A stretch of 64,000 nucleotides of DNA from Adineta vaga (Eukaryota > Animalia > Rotifera), in NCBI GenBank assembly GCA_021613535.1, contig CP075495.1, forward strand, positions 14,756,001 through 14,820,000. Reading direction: 5' to 3'. The number at the start of each line of letters is the position of its first letter. Position 1 is the stretch's first letter. Below, in pieces: positions 26,883 to 38,706 of this stretch. The position numbers were made by a program, and so were the translations under genes. The notes beneath the pieces are model-generated. The model made no database searches, was not told the DNA's origin, and worked only from the letters and a program-made list of their open reading frames with translations.

Positions 26883-28405
26883 TTATGTTTCTAATCTCTC
26901 TAATGTTTTTAAGACCTCCAGTTGAAATTGTTCTGATATTAAAAATTGGCTATGTTTAAATTGTCGAAAAACTGTCGTATCAATATGAGATTTCATTAAA
27001 TACTCATTAACTATTGCAACTGGTACAAGATCATCATTTTCCGATAAAAAAACATGTATTCGAATTTGACTTTGTTGAACATCTTCTGCCCATAAAACAC
27101 ATTCATACCAACATAAATGACGTTCAATAGGATAAATTGAATAAAGATCTGTACACGAAGTAAATAATAATAATTGATTTGGTGTTCGTGGTTGACGATA
27201 GATGAAATTTTCTAAATAATGAGCATCAAATAGTAGAAAACAAACTGGATCAATAAAAATCGATGGTTGATTTTGAACAAAATGTGTTAATTGTTTAATA
27301 AGACATGAATGAACAATTGTACCATAACTATGACTTATTGTAATAATCTTTTTAATATTTATCGAATTTAATAATTCTTCAATTGATGAAAGTATATTTG
27401 ATAATGGAAGAATTTCTGTATGAAGACGCATACTTGCATGAGGAATATCTAGAAGAATAATTGTACGATTGAGTAAGGATAAACGACGAATAAATAAAAT
27501 ATATGAAGTTGGTCCAAGACTTAAACCATGAAGAAATAATATTGGTGGTAAACTAAAATAGAGAAAAGTGTTTTCATTATTATTAGAAGTTTTCGACAGA
27601 TTTACTTTGTTTGTTTTGATGATTTTCTAATATAAAATGGAACATTATCAATTACTTGATATTCATATCCATTTAACGTTAATAACATCGTAGATAAACT
27701 TCGTATAGAAGCAAAAAATATATATTTTATCATTGGATAATACGTATAACGAAGATTATCTTTATAGGGATGTCTTAATTGTATTTGATTGTTATAACCT
27801 GGTTTGATTTTTAATCGTTTTTGAGGATATTTTGTTAAATATCTTGTATATAATCTTTCAATACGTCGTTGTTGTTTTTTATTCATTTCATCCCAATATC
27901 GTACACCGTATGTTGTCATGGCAATAAATTGCAAAATATTATCTTTATAAATTGAATCATAGGAATTTTGTTCTAATCTATCGAAAAATCCTGCGAAACA
28001 AACTCGGAAATCTTCTTTAGATTTTTCGTAAACATTTAAAACTCGATCGATTAATTGTTCATCATAATTTTTCGGTAATCGAGGTCGAAGAGGTAAAGGA
28101 CGATTATTTAATAAACGTGTTTCTTCAATCGTAAAGAAATAGAAGAATGATTCACATAAACAATAAAAAATCAGAATTGAATGATAAAAACAATGAAATG
28201 AATTTAAATCAATAAATAAAAGAAAATAGATCAAATAAAATTGAGTTAATGGAAATATACAAATAAATATCGAATGAATAGTAAATGTCGATAATAAGAG
28301 AAGAAATCCATGCAAATTTCTTATACGATATGAAGAAAATAGAAGTAAATATAAACTAAGAATGGTAAATAAACCAAACGAACTGATGATAACTGTGGTT
28401 AACAT
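26883..28405 (-). CDS. Membrane-anchored alpha/beta hydrolase (two exons)
   Basis: N-terminal TM segments; LFLHGLSLG, nucleophile elbow ISHSYGT, FIDPVCF, DDLVP, terminal His (FKHSQF). Intron at ~27605-27553. Confidence 0.8.
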
Positions 28406-28717
28406 AAAGATGACTTCTGCAATCGTTGCTTGTACTATTTGATGTTTTTACTGTTCGCAAGTCATGCATGAAGAAAGAAAACATCGTTGACGTGATGGAT
28501 GTGTTGTTTTTTTTCTTCATTTACATAACCTTGAAAAAGATACGATTGATAAAATTATTCATTCTCAAACTGAAATGGAATGTTTTATGCTTATGAAACG
28601 AACAAAAAATGATTCGTAGAATTATAAAACGAAATCTATTTATTATTGTAGAAAAAGAGATTCACTGGTTAAATATGTTCTCATAAACAAATATTTTGAG
28701 ATTATGATAAAATGAAA

Positions 28718-29817
28718 TTATTTTGTATCAATATCAAAAAGTGTATCGGTAATAATCGTTACACCATTAGCTCGTAACCATCGATATTGTTCTTTGTCAT
28801 TAACACACCAAGCACAAACAATAAATTTACCATTTTTATATACATCTAAGAAATTTTGTGAAATTTGTCGTTGTTCAATACAAGCAAGATCAGCACCGAG
28901 AAATTTCAAACCAGCTGGTGTACCGAACCACATAAGTAATGAATCGATAATCCATCGAATGAGAACATTTTCAATGAAATATTTTGCAAATGGTCGAGGA
29001 GTTTGATTTGCATTTCGAATTAGATATGTTGTAATATTTGGAACGAATAAAAATGCAGTTGTTATACGTGGATTAAGACGACGAATACAATAGAGATTGT
29101 ATGGATGAAAAGCAGCACAATAGGCACGTTCATATAGAAATGGATAACGATTATAAAGATCATGAATAATCTTTGCCATAAGTGGAATTTGTTGTGTTTC
29201 TTTGATTTCAATCACTAATAAATACAAACAAATAAATGATAAATATGAAAAGAAAAGATTGAAATCAATCTACTTAATTTAAGTTTTGTTGTTTCTAAAA
29301 AGATAATTACTTCTTCTAAAGTTGGTATTGTTTCACAACCAATTTGATCATAAATATCTCGTTTATTTTTTTTCCAATATTTTAATTGTTTTAATTGTTC
29401 ACATGTTAATGATGAAATCAATTCACGACAATCAGAAAATGTATGTTCTAAATAACCATCATGACTTATCATAGGAATATTATCACGACTTAACCAAACA
29501 TCTAATTCAATTCCATCAACACCTTTCGTTTTCGATGCCCATCGATAGGCAGCCATTGTATTTTCAGGAAAATCATTTGTATCATCGGATGATACTAATG
29601 GATGACCACCACGATGTGCAATAACGAGATTTTCAAATGATTGATATGAACTTTGAGATCGTGGTAAAGAAAAATAACAATAGACGAAGAAAATTGATAA
29701 TGGAATGATAAAAACAAGGAATAAGACGAATAGATATGGTAAAAATAGAAATAATGGACTAATAAGAAGAATTAAAGTTAAAATATTAATTAACCAAAAT
29801 GATAAATTTAAAGACAT
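28718..29817 (-). CDS. GDE1: Glycerophosphodiester phosphodiesterase, GDE1-like (two exons)
   Basis: TM N-terminus, IAHRGG, PENTMAAY, GIELDV, HD, IPTLEE, IEIK, AWCVN, IITD. Confidence 0.85.
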
Positions 29818-30216
29818 GTTGTTGAAGAGTCTTCGAGTAGATTCTTATCAGCAATAAAAAAAAATACTCAATGAATTTGATGTTATTTTCTAGTGAGAAT
29901 CAATGTGCAAGTACATTGCAAAGAATTAGACATTCTTTTCTTCTTTTCTTTTCTATGTAGTTGTTCGTTGTAATTTATTTCTTCCATTGGTTAAAAACGA
30001 GAACGTGAGAAGAAAAAAAGCGCACATATTATGTTATTTCTCTTTCCTTTTTTTCAGCTTCATTGCGTCAAAATAAAACATAAAAACAAACCTTGAACTT
30101 TGACAATATACTGTGAGAATAAGATTTCTTTTTTTAATTATCACTTGATATTTCACACATGTTTATGTGAAAGATCAAATATGAAATGTTTAGTTTATTT
30201 CAATTCGAATAATCAA

Positions 30217-32321
30217 TTACATATATTCTTGTCCAAGTTGTAATGCTTCTTCATACGCCTTAAGTGTTCGAGCTAATTTTTCTCGTCGATTAGTTCGTTC
30301 ATATGGTTCTTTCATAAAACGAACTAAATCTATTGGTGTAACAGCTAATGTTAACTTTTGATCGATAACTAAAGCACATCGAGTTAGAAATTGATAGTAA
30401 CAAACTTGAGCAATATGATCAACAAGACGTTTTTGAACAATCTAAATTTCATTGTTTTATGAGTATTGATATATATATAGACGATTATCTTACTTGACAA
30501 TATGAAATTAATGCCATTTGTATAGTTGGTGCAGCTCGAGCTTCATTTGTATCAATTTCATTCGTATTTTTGATTCCTGCTAGAACTGATAGAGATAACG
30601 AGATTTTTTCCATTAATGGATTATACGCTGCTGCCGCTGTTGTTGTTGTTTTTGATGCGGTTTTAATGTCTTTTGTTAACGTAGTTTCATTTCCAGTTCG
30701 AGTTAATTCATCTAGGATACTCATATATTCATTACTTAAAGTAAATAATCGATATTCCATGTTGAGTATTTCTTCGATTCGTTCCGTTGCACGTTTTTCA
30801 GCTGCATCAACTTCTTGAATGATAACTTCTTTAAGATGTTGACTAAGTCGAGGATAATCTTTATCAAATATTTGACGAAATATTTTTGTTAAATTGTCAC
30901 GAATGTAATCACATGTTTTTTTAAGTAAAGAATAACAAATACCATTTAAATTTACAAATTCTCGACGATATAATTGTTCGATAATTTGAAAACTTGGAAA
31001 ATTAGGTAGAGAAACACCAGCTGCATCTTCAATAGCTTTGATTACATGCTTTTTATATTCCGATGTTAAAACATTTGAAAATTTCTCAGCTATTTCTTGT
31101 TGAAATTGTTGTTGAAATTTATAAATATGTAGAGCAATACGATCATCAAGTAGAGGTACGGAAGAATCGGTCGTTGTCGTTTTTGTTTGAAAATCATAAT
31201 TGCCATTGACTTTCGTTTGAATATTCTCACGTAATTCATTGATCATTGATTGAAATTTAGTCCAACAATCATGTTCAGATGCTAAAGCAACTGGAATTGC
31301 TCGTAATTCTTGTTGTTTAGTACGAGTTTGTTCTCGTAATTCTTCGATTATTTCAGGAAATGTTGAACGTATTCGATCTTGTTGAATAATTGCAAGTTTT
31401 TTTATCAATTGATCAACACCTTTATATTCGTCAGGTAAATGTCCAAATGCTGATTTATGTCTGAGAAAGAATTGTTTTTCACGTTCTTTCATTTCTTCAA
31501 ATGAAATATTTGATTCAATTTCTTCAGGAGTTCGATTTAAGACAGCAACACAACCCAATTGAAGTTTCATTGAACCTGTACCTTCACCTAGCAATTTCTC
31601 GGCAATACCTTTATCATATTTATCAATTTTTGATACGGCAACTAATTGTCGTTCACATTCCGGATCGAATACTTTCGCTAGCTTCACTGATTCTGATGTT
31701 GTAAAATCAACAGATGATGGAATAACATGTAAAACAATCTATGAATAAACAAATAGAAAGAAAATTTTACTCTTGTCGTCAAAGACTTACAGCAGTTGAC
31801 GGTTCAATATATTTATTAATTAAAGTTAAGATTTGTGTATGAATATCATCTGCTTGACCAGGTAATGGATTTCGAGTTATACCAGGAAGATCAATTAATG
31901 TCAAATCATATATTATATCTCTTTTATAAACAGTTAAATAGATTGGATTTGAACTAACATTTGTTCCATCACCGGCAATTTCATTTGTAAGACGAGTTAC
32001 TTCGAATGCAATTCGATTTAAATCATTGATCTCTTCATCTGATGTTTCAGAATTTGAATTACTCTTTCGTATAACAGCATATTCTCGATCATTAGTAGAT
32101 TTCATTCGTAATTCTAATGGACATCGAGTACAAATATTTTGCGCACGAGGTAATTGTATACCAGAAATAGCTTCGAGTACGGATGATTTACCTACAGATT
32201 GATCACCAACAACAACAATTTCAGGTAGACGAATTTTTTCATTATGTAAAATTTCTCGCATACGATCGATTGCTGAGAGAAGATTACGTGATTCATCGGT
32301 ATTAAGTTCATTTGCTAACAT
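30217..32321 (-). CDS. Dynamin-related GTPase, Mx/DRP4-like (three exons)
   Basis: G1 GDQSVGKSS, LPRAQNICTRCPLELRM, G3 DLPGITR, G4 variant SKID, stalk and GED-like end; no PH or PRD domain visible. Confidence 0.9.
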
Positions 32322-32613
32322 AATGACTTGAATAGATTGGGGAATAATCTGTGCTCTAACCACACGTATTTGTGTCTTGATAAATAGTAAAATAAAAAAA
32401 CCCAGACAGATATTTTGTTTCTATAAGGTAAAGAGATAAGATAAGCCTGAGATATTTTATTGTCATCAAAAAATAACAAAAAAAAAGATCTTTCTAGTAC
32501 TAATTAGTCATCACACATATGGCGGACGTAAGGATGTTTTCCGTCGGATAATCATCGTCAATACATACAATAACCTATTCGATCTGTTCATATATATATA
32601 CATACATGAGTAC

Positions 32614-33720
32614 ATGTATAGTTATACAGTATTCATGATGTTTAATTCATCTGTATTGAATTGTCATGATAAACAAGCAATTATTTCTCTTCATGATTAT
32701 TCACATGAGGTATGTGTAGCAGCTACTCAATTAGAATATTGGCAACAGGTAGATTTCAATCAGATAAAGTCAAATAAGAAGTCATGTTTTTTTTTCTTCT
32801 TCTGTATAGTTAATCAAAAGAACAAATATTATGATAACTTGTCATGGAGAATATATTCCAAAAGAATTTGATTTGATTTGTAATGAAATAAATAAATTAC
32901 AACTTCATTTAATTATTCAAACACAGAATGAGAACGATAAGAAGCAAATTGATCGTATGCGAATTGATATACATCGAACTTTGTTTTATTTATTTGTATT
33001 TATCGATAGTTATTTCAAAGCAAATTCAGCAGGATCTAATATCATTTAGAAATTATGATGAACCTATTTATGATGTAATTTATTGAATTAAATATTAAAA
33101 AGAGTTGTTTTTTTTTAAATTGTTTTGAGGCTGATCATCGACAAATGTTTGTATTTGGTTCTTTATTTAATTCTCTTCCGATTGAAACTTTCGATTTTGA
33201 ACGAAGTTTACTAGGTGAACAAGTATGTTCAATTTTGAGAGTGATAATTTATAGAAAATACATATCGATAGAACTGTAATATTAATGAATTAGAAAATAC
33301 ATTTAACTGTTCGATTATTATTGATAAATTAAGTTCGAAACGATATCGTTTTACAATTCGGTAAGTTAATTTCCTTTCTAAAACTGAATTCACTTGTAAT
33401 GATAAGACGGAATGTTTTAGGCATGAAAAGTTAATAATTATGGATCTTGTTGGTATTCAAATTCAATCAATTGTAAGACAAGTTCAATCCCAATATGTTA
33501 TTGCATTTGCGAGATACTTCGGACGATCTTTATTGAATTCAATGGAACGCATTGAAGTACGTTTTTAAAGTGTTTCATTGATTTCTTTTTAAAGAAAAAA
33601 TCTGTCATTTTAGAATGATGAGAAAATTAAAGATCAACAAGTAACGAAGATCGAATTGTTCTTAGTGTCAATTATAAATATCATCTTCATTCTTCTAGAT
33701 CATGATACTCGATAAAACAT
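32614..33720 (+). pseudogene. Probable decayed multi-exon gene of unknown family
   Basis: Protein-like short ORFs separated by GT-AG intron-like segments but interrupted by stops; no family recognised. Confidence 0.3.
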
Positions 33721-34374
33721 AGTATAAACCTGAAGATCCTTCATTCTTTCTCCCTTTTCTCATCAAATAATAGTAATATTGATAAATTTAATTAGTAAAT
33801 AAAAATCGTAATAAGTAGCAATGCGCAGTATCAGTAAACCATTCATTGATAGCTCACACAGTTGTGCACTTAAACACTGATCGCATCTCCAAGACAAGTC
33901 CGTATTTCAGTCGTCGTTCTTTGGTATTTTTAGCAGTCTAGATTAATTTAGCGTCATAATCTGTGAACATTTGGAAAGCTGTTCATATAGACAAGAACTC
34001 CATAGTACTATGTATGCAAAACGTAGTCTATATCTTCAATATCGGCTTGTCAGTCTCACACTGAACAATGATGACAATTCTTCTGCAGGTACTTGGTAAT
34101 CTACATAAAATTGATACATACATTTGCTTATATGAGAATTAGAAGAACTAATATCGTATTACATAAACATTTCATTGCAGATCAAAATATTTGTTCTATT
34201 TCATACTTTCGATAGCCTCACTTTTTTCCTTTCTCCTGTAATGATTGAAATATTTCTTTTATCTCTAACCAAGGCATGGTATTTTCTTATAGTACGTGCT
34301 CGATTAATTTATGATTAATACAGTTTCGAAGAGAATAATAGTCTACATTTGATTCGATCCATTTCTTTTCTTCA

Positions 34375-35082
34375 ATGGCTAAAAGAATCTCATCGAAATT
34401 ATGTCAAGCAAAAGCTAATGGCAAAAATTGTGACAAAGATGCTAGGTAAAATATTTCTTTCGTCGTTTATTTCTTTCTATTTTTGTTTTCCAGAGCAAAA
34501 TGTTTTCATTGTTCATGTGATTTATGTGTTAAACATTTCACAGAACATACACAATTTGTTGAAAATCAAATGATTCTAAATGAATTTGATCAAAAATTAT
34601 CAACTCTTTCAATTTCATCACGTATATTAGAAAATCCATTTGTTGAACTGGAAAAATGGCGTTTAAATGCACATAAAAAACTCGATCAACTAGCAGAAGA
34701 AAAACGTCAAGAAATTCAAATAAAAATAGCTGAATATCGAACAATTTTCACTAAACAAATCTGTGAACAAAGAAGTCAAATTGAAATATTACAACAACGT
34801 TTCAATGACTTCTCTCGTCAAATACATTTATCTACAAAAGATCTAAACGATTTAGAAAATCAAATCATTTCAACTCGACAATTTTTCCATAACATTGATA
34901 AACATTCGATTAAATTAAATTCTCCTGGCGAGTTTTCTGTTCAAATTCAAACAGATTTTTTCGATCTACAACCATCTCTAGGAAGACATTCTCGATCGGA
35001 AAGAAAAGAATCACCACCGATTCGTAATGAAATTAAACGACGTTCTATTAAAAAACGTTCTGCATCTGTCTGTGTGTTATAA
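34375..35082 (+). CDS. B-box-like/coiled-coil protein (RING-less TRIM-like), short member
   Basis: Exon 1 MAKRISSKLCQ...CDKDAR joins AKCFHCSCDLCVKHFTEH; PFVELEKWR coiled coil. Confidence 0.8.
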
Positions 35083-35302
35083 AGAAAATAATTATTCAAC
35101 ATTCTTTTTTTTTAAATAAAATATTTCCCAGATGTTCTGTTTGAATACATTTTTCATTGATAAAACGCATCGGAATTTTCCTCTTGCCTTGCGTCGAAAT
35201 AGAAAAATAGAATCCAAGGCTTGTTTTCTCTTGAAAATATGTTCGCTATTCTCTTTCTTTGCAATAACAAATAACATATCTCTTCATTTGAAAGTTAATT
35301 CA

Positions 35303-36661
35303 ATGACAACGAGTAGAATCTCATGTGAAGCTGATGAACAATGTCCAAATGAAGCACGGTAAGACTTTTCAATACGAATCCTTTTATTCATTTTTCTTCT
35401 TAGTGGATTATGTTTTCATTGTTCTCGAAATATTTGTATTGATCATTTAACTCAACATGATCAATATATAAATTCATTGGATCGTTTATCATTAAATGAT
35501 TGTTCGGAACTTCTTACTGATCATTTTTTACGTTTACAATCATTAACAATATCACAAATAATTCTTGATAAACCATTTCTTAAACTAGAACAATGGCGTA
35601 GTGATGCTCATCATCAAATCGATGAAATTGTCAAGAAAAAATGTGAAGAAATTCACAAACAAATCGATGAATATCGACAAATTTTTGATACAATGCGTAA
35701 GGAACAATTGGAACGTACAAATCGTTATAAACAAAAAATTGCTAATCTTTATCGTAAAAATCAAATAACGACAACAGATATAACGAATTTACAAAGATCA
35801 ATTGATCGAATGCAAACTGATTTACAAATATTTGATCAACATTCAATTGATGTCATTTGTAATCCATCGTTAACTTGTTCAATTAATATTCGAATGAATA
35901 TTAACAATTGGAAATCATCGGATACTTCGTCATCTTCATCAACATCATCATCAATCATTCGTCAATTAGAATTTCGTTTAAAATATGTTTCATTATCAGG
36001 TTTTGTTTCATCACATTATGTTTTAGTTCATGTCAATGGGACGATTGGTGATTTAATTGATCAATTTATTCAAATAGAAGATAAAATATTGATAAACAAT
36101 CGAAGACGAGAGTTCTTTTTAGCAACAGAAATTAGTCAAAATCGACTTCGACAAAGATTTTCAAATGATATTCAATTAAATATGATTTTTAATCAAATTC
36201 ATGAATTAGTTTTATATGAAACACCATTTGAATTGAATACGATGAATTTACAAAAATATTGTTTGATTTTATCGACATTTCAAGATGGTTTACCATGGGA
36301 AATGAAATTTGGTTTACCTATTCTATTGAAAGTTCCACGTTTTCAATGTCGAGGAAAAGATGTCATTAATGAATTGGATAAAATCTTAGAAAAATCTCTT
36401 CCATGTATGATTAATCAACAGAATAAGATTTCTTATGAAGTTAAAATTGTAGCAGAGAATCAACAAGTTAATCCCGCAACAATACTTAATGGATGGGCTG
36501 ATGAAGTTATTGATGATCATTTATTAATGGCAGATAATGCAACATTGATTGTTAATTTGGTCAATGATGGAAAAGTAACAATGAAAGATCAATCAGTACG
36601 TTTAGCTCGTTTAGATGGAATTTTAAAGAATGGTGAAAAAAGAAGAAAAAGTCGAAAATAA
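35303..36661 (+). CDS. B-box-like/coiled-coil protein fused to a USP4/11/15-like Ubl insert
   Basis: CEADEQC..AR|GLCFHCSRNICIDHLTQH; PFLKLEQWR; GTIGDL, ATEISQNRL, LYETP, FGLPILLKVPR. Confidence 0.8.
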
Positions 36662-37143
36662 CTTCTTTTTTTTTTCTTTGACAAACCGTATTTTCAGTAG
36701 AATTATGTACTAACTTTAATAAATTTATTTTCTGAACATATTTTGTTTAATGTGAAACGTAATGAGACATGCAGCGTCAATTCTTTTATCAACAATAATG
36801 TTATGTGCAAAGTTTAATGACATATCGTATCGATGTTCTGATGGATTTACCTTTTATCCTCAGACATTTTCATCAACTTGACAATTATAAATTTCGAAAA
36901 TAAACTATACGTATTCTAAAATGATCCTATGCCTTACTATATGATTTGGATTCATTAAGAAAATAAATAAATAAATAAAATGTATGAAAATATTTATTGA
37001 CAAATGTAGAATTTTATCATAAATCAAATGGAAGAAATAAAATATAAAAGAATATGAAAAAATTAAACATTGACATAGAATTCTCTGAAATAGAATATAG
37101 GACAAAAGTTCAGGATTTGAATAGTACATTTGATCTCACATTC

Positions 37144-38391
37144 TTATGATACATTCTGTTCGTACTGATCAGCAACTTCATCTGAAATATTTACATATAA
37201 TGTAGCATTCGCTTTCGTAAAATCAATTTCATCATTCAAAATTGTATCTAGTTTAGTTTTTGCCGTCGTATAGTTTCTGGTGATATGAAGATATGCATCA
37301 TACAATTGTAAATCTGTAGATGGACTGAGTAAAAAAAAATTGCCTAATGAATTCTGTATTGAATCTTTCACATCTTGGCCACGACATCCTTTTCGAGGAA
37401 CATTAAGATATATAGGCCAACCAAAGAGGCTTCCATTAAGTTGCCGTTGAAAACAACAGGGCATTAGAATATGCGGATTATCCTCTGAACTTATCGATTT
37501 TGGCACTTCGTAAAAGACAATGGAATCACGTGTTTTCACATTAGATAACAAGGTTCCAGCACTGTATTGCGATTGAATCTGATGGTTATAAACTTCAGTC
37601 GGTAGAATAAAATCAGAATTTGGTTGATGATCATTTTTTTCTTCTAAATTAGATTGTAGTCGAATAAGTGCTTTGAGCAAAGAGTATTGATGTACAAAAG
37701 CTTTTAAAAGATCGTTCATCGTTCCATCATTGTTTGTCTTTAGATAATGACGTTCAAAGCTTCCATCAAGACGAATGTAATTAACATTGAACCCTCGTAA
37801 TTTGCCAACTGGGTTAGGTGTACAATCGAAAGATTGCAGATGAATATCTACAAGCCATATTGGTGAACAGGCAGTAGCACTAATTGTGTGTGTATTAAGT
37901 GTATTTAAATATTTTTCAGAATTTTCAAGCGATTTTTGAAGTTCAGTTATTTGTTCAGTGGACGCATCATTATCTCGAATTAGTTCTGCAATCGTTTTCT
38001 TGATATCGTTGATTTTTTCCAACTTCTCTTTGTTATGAATTGAAAACGATTTTCCATATTCATCGATTAGATAATTTATTTCCATACGTTTTTTTTCAAC
38101 AATTTCGTCGATCTTTGCATGAGCTTCAAGACACCATTTTTCTAATTGAGAAAATGGTTGTTGAAGAAATTCAGATGATATAACAAGATCATTGAATTTT
38201 GACGATAGTTCATTAAGTTTATCAGCTAATGAGTTTAATTCTGTTCGAGTATTTTCTTCAATCAGTTGTGAATGTTGTTCCAAATGAATACGACAAAGAT
38301 TTTTCGAACAATGAAAACAAAGAACTCGGGCTTGTCTTCTACATGAATCTTCATCAACCTCACACAGTTTCAATGAGTTATTATTTATCAT
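37144..38391 (-). CDS. B-box-like/coiled-coil protein fused to a USP4/11/15-like Ubl insert, intronless
   Basis: CEVDEDSC..LCFHCSKNLCRIHLEQH; PFSQLEKW; GTMNDL, PTEVYNHQI, VKTRDSIVFYEV, SLFGWPIYLNVPR. Confidence 0.82.
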   Translation of the reverse strand: MINNNSLKLCEVDEDSCRRQARVLCFHCSKNLCRIHLEQHSQLIEENTRTELNSLADKLNELSSKFNDLVISSEFLQQPFSQLEKWCLEAHAKIDEIVEKKRMEINYLIDEYGKSFSIHNKEKLEKINDIKKTIAELIRDNDASTEQITELQKSLENSEKYLNTLNTHTISATACSPIWLVDIHLQSFDCTPNPVGKLRGFNVNYIRLDGSFERHYLKTNNDGTMNDLLKAFVHQYSLLKALIRLQSNLEEKNDHQPNSDFILPTEVYNHQIQSQYSAGTLLSNVKTRDSIVFYEVPKSISSEDNPHILMPCCFQRQLNGSLFGWPIYLNVPRKGCRGQDVKDSIQNSLGNFFLLSPSTDLQLYDAYLHITRNYTTAKTKLDTILNDEIDFTKANATLYVNISDEVADQYEQNVS

Positions 38392-38706
38392 TACTTGAAT
38401 CTAAAATATTAGTTGTCACATATAGAATTGTATAAGACTTTTTCTTTGCGAATCAATTTATATATATATACGGATATATTAGTCACAATATGTGTAAATA
38501 CAAGTAAAATAGAGGAGAAAAGAACTGAGTGAACAATAGAGATAAGAGAAACACTGGAAATAAAATCCGAATGGCACATATTAAACAAACGGAAAAATAA
38601 ATATATATGTATATATAAGATTTGGTTTTTCTTTCTTTCGGAATAATAACAACACAAATGAAAATAAAAGAACGAGAATAAACGTGTTTATTGAATCATA
38701 CAATCT

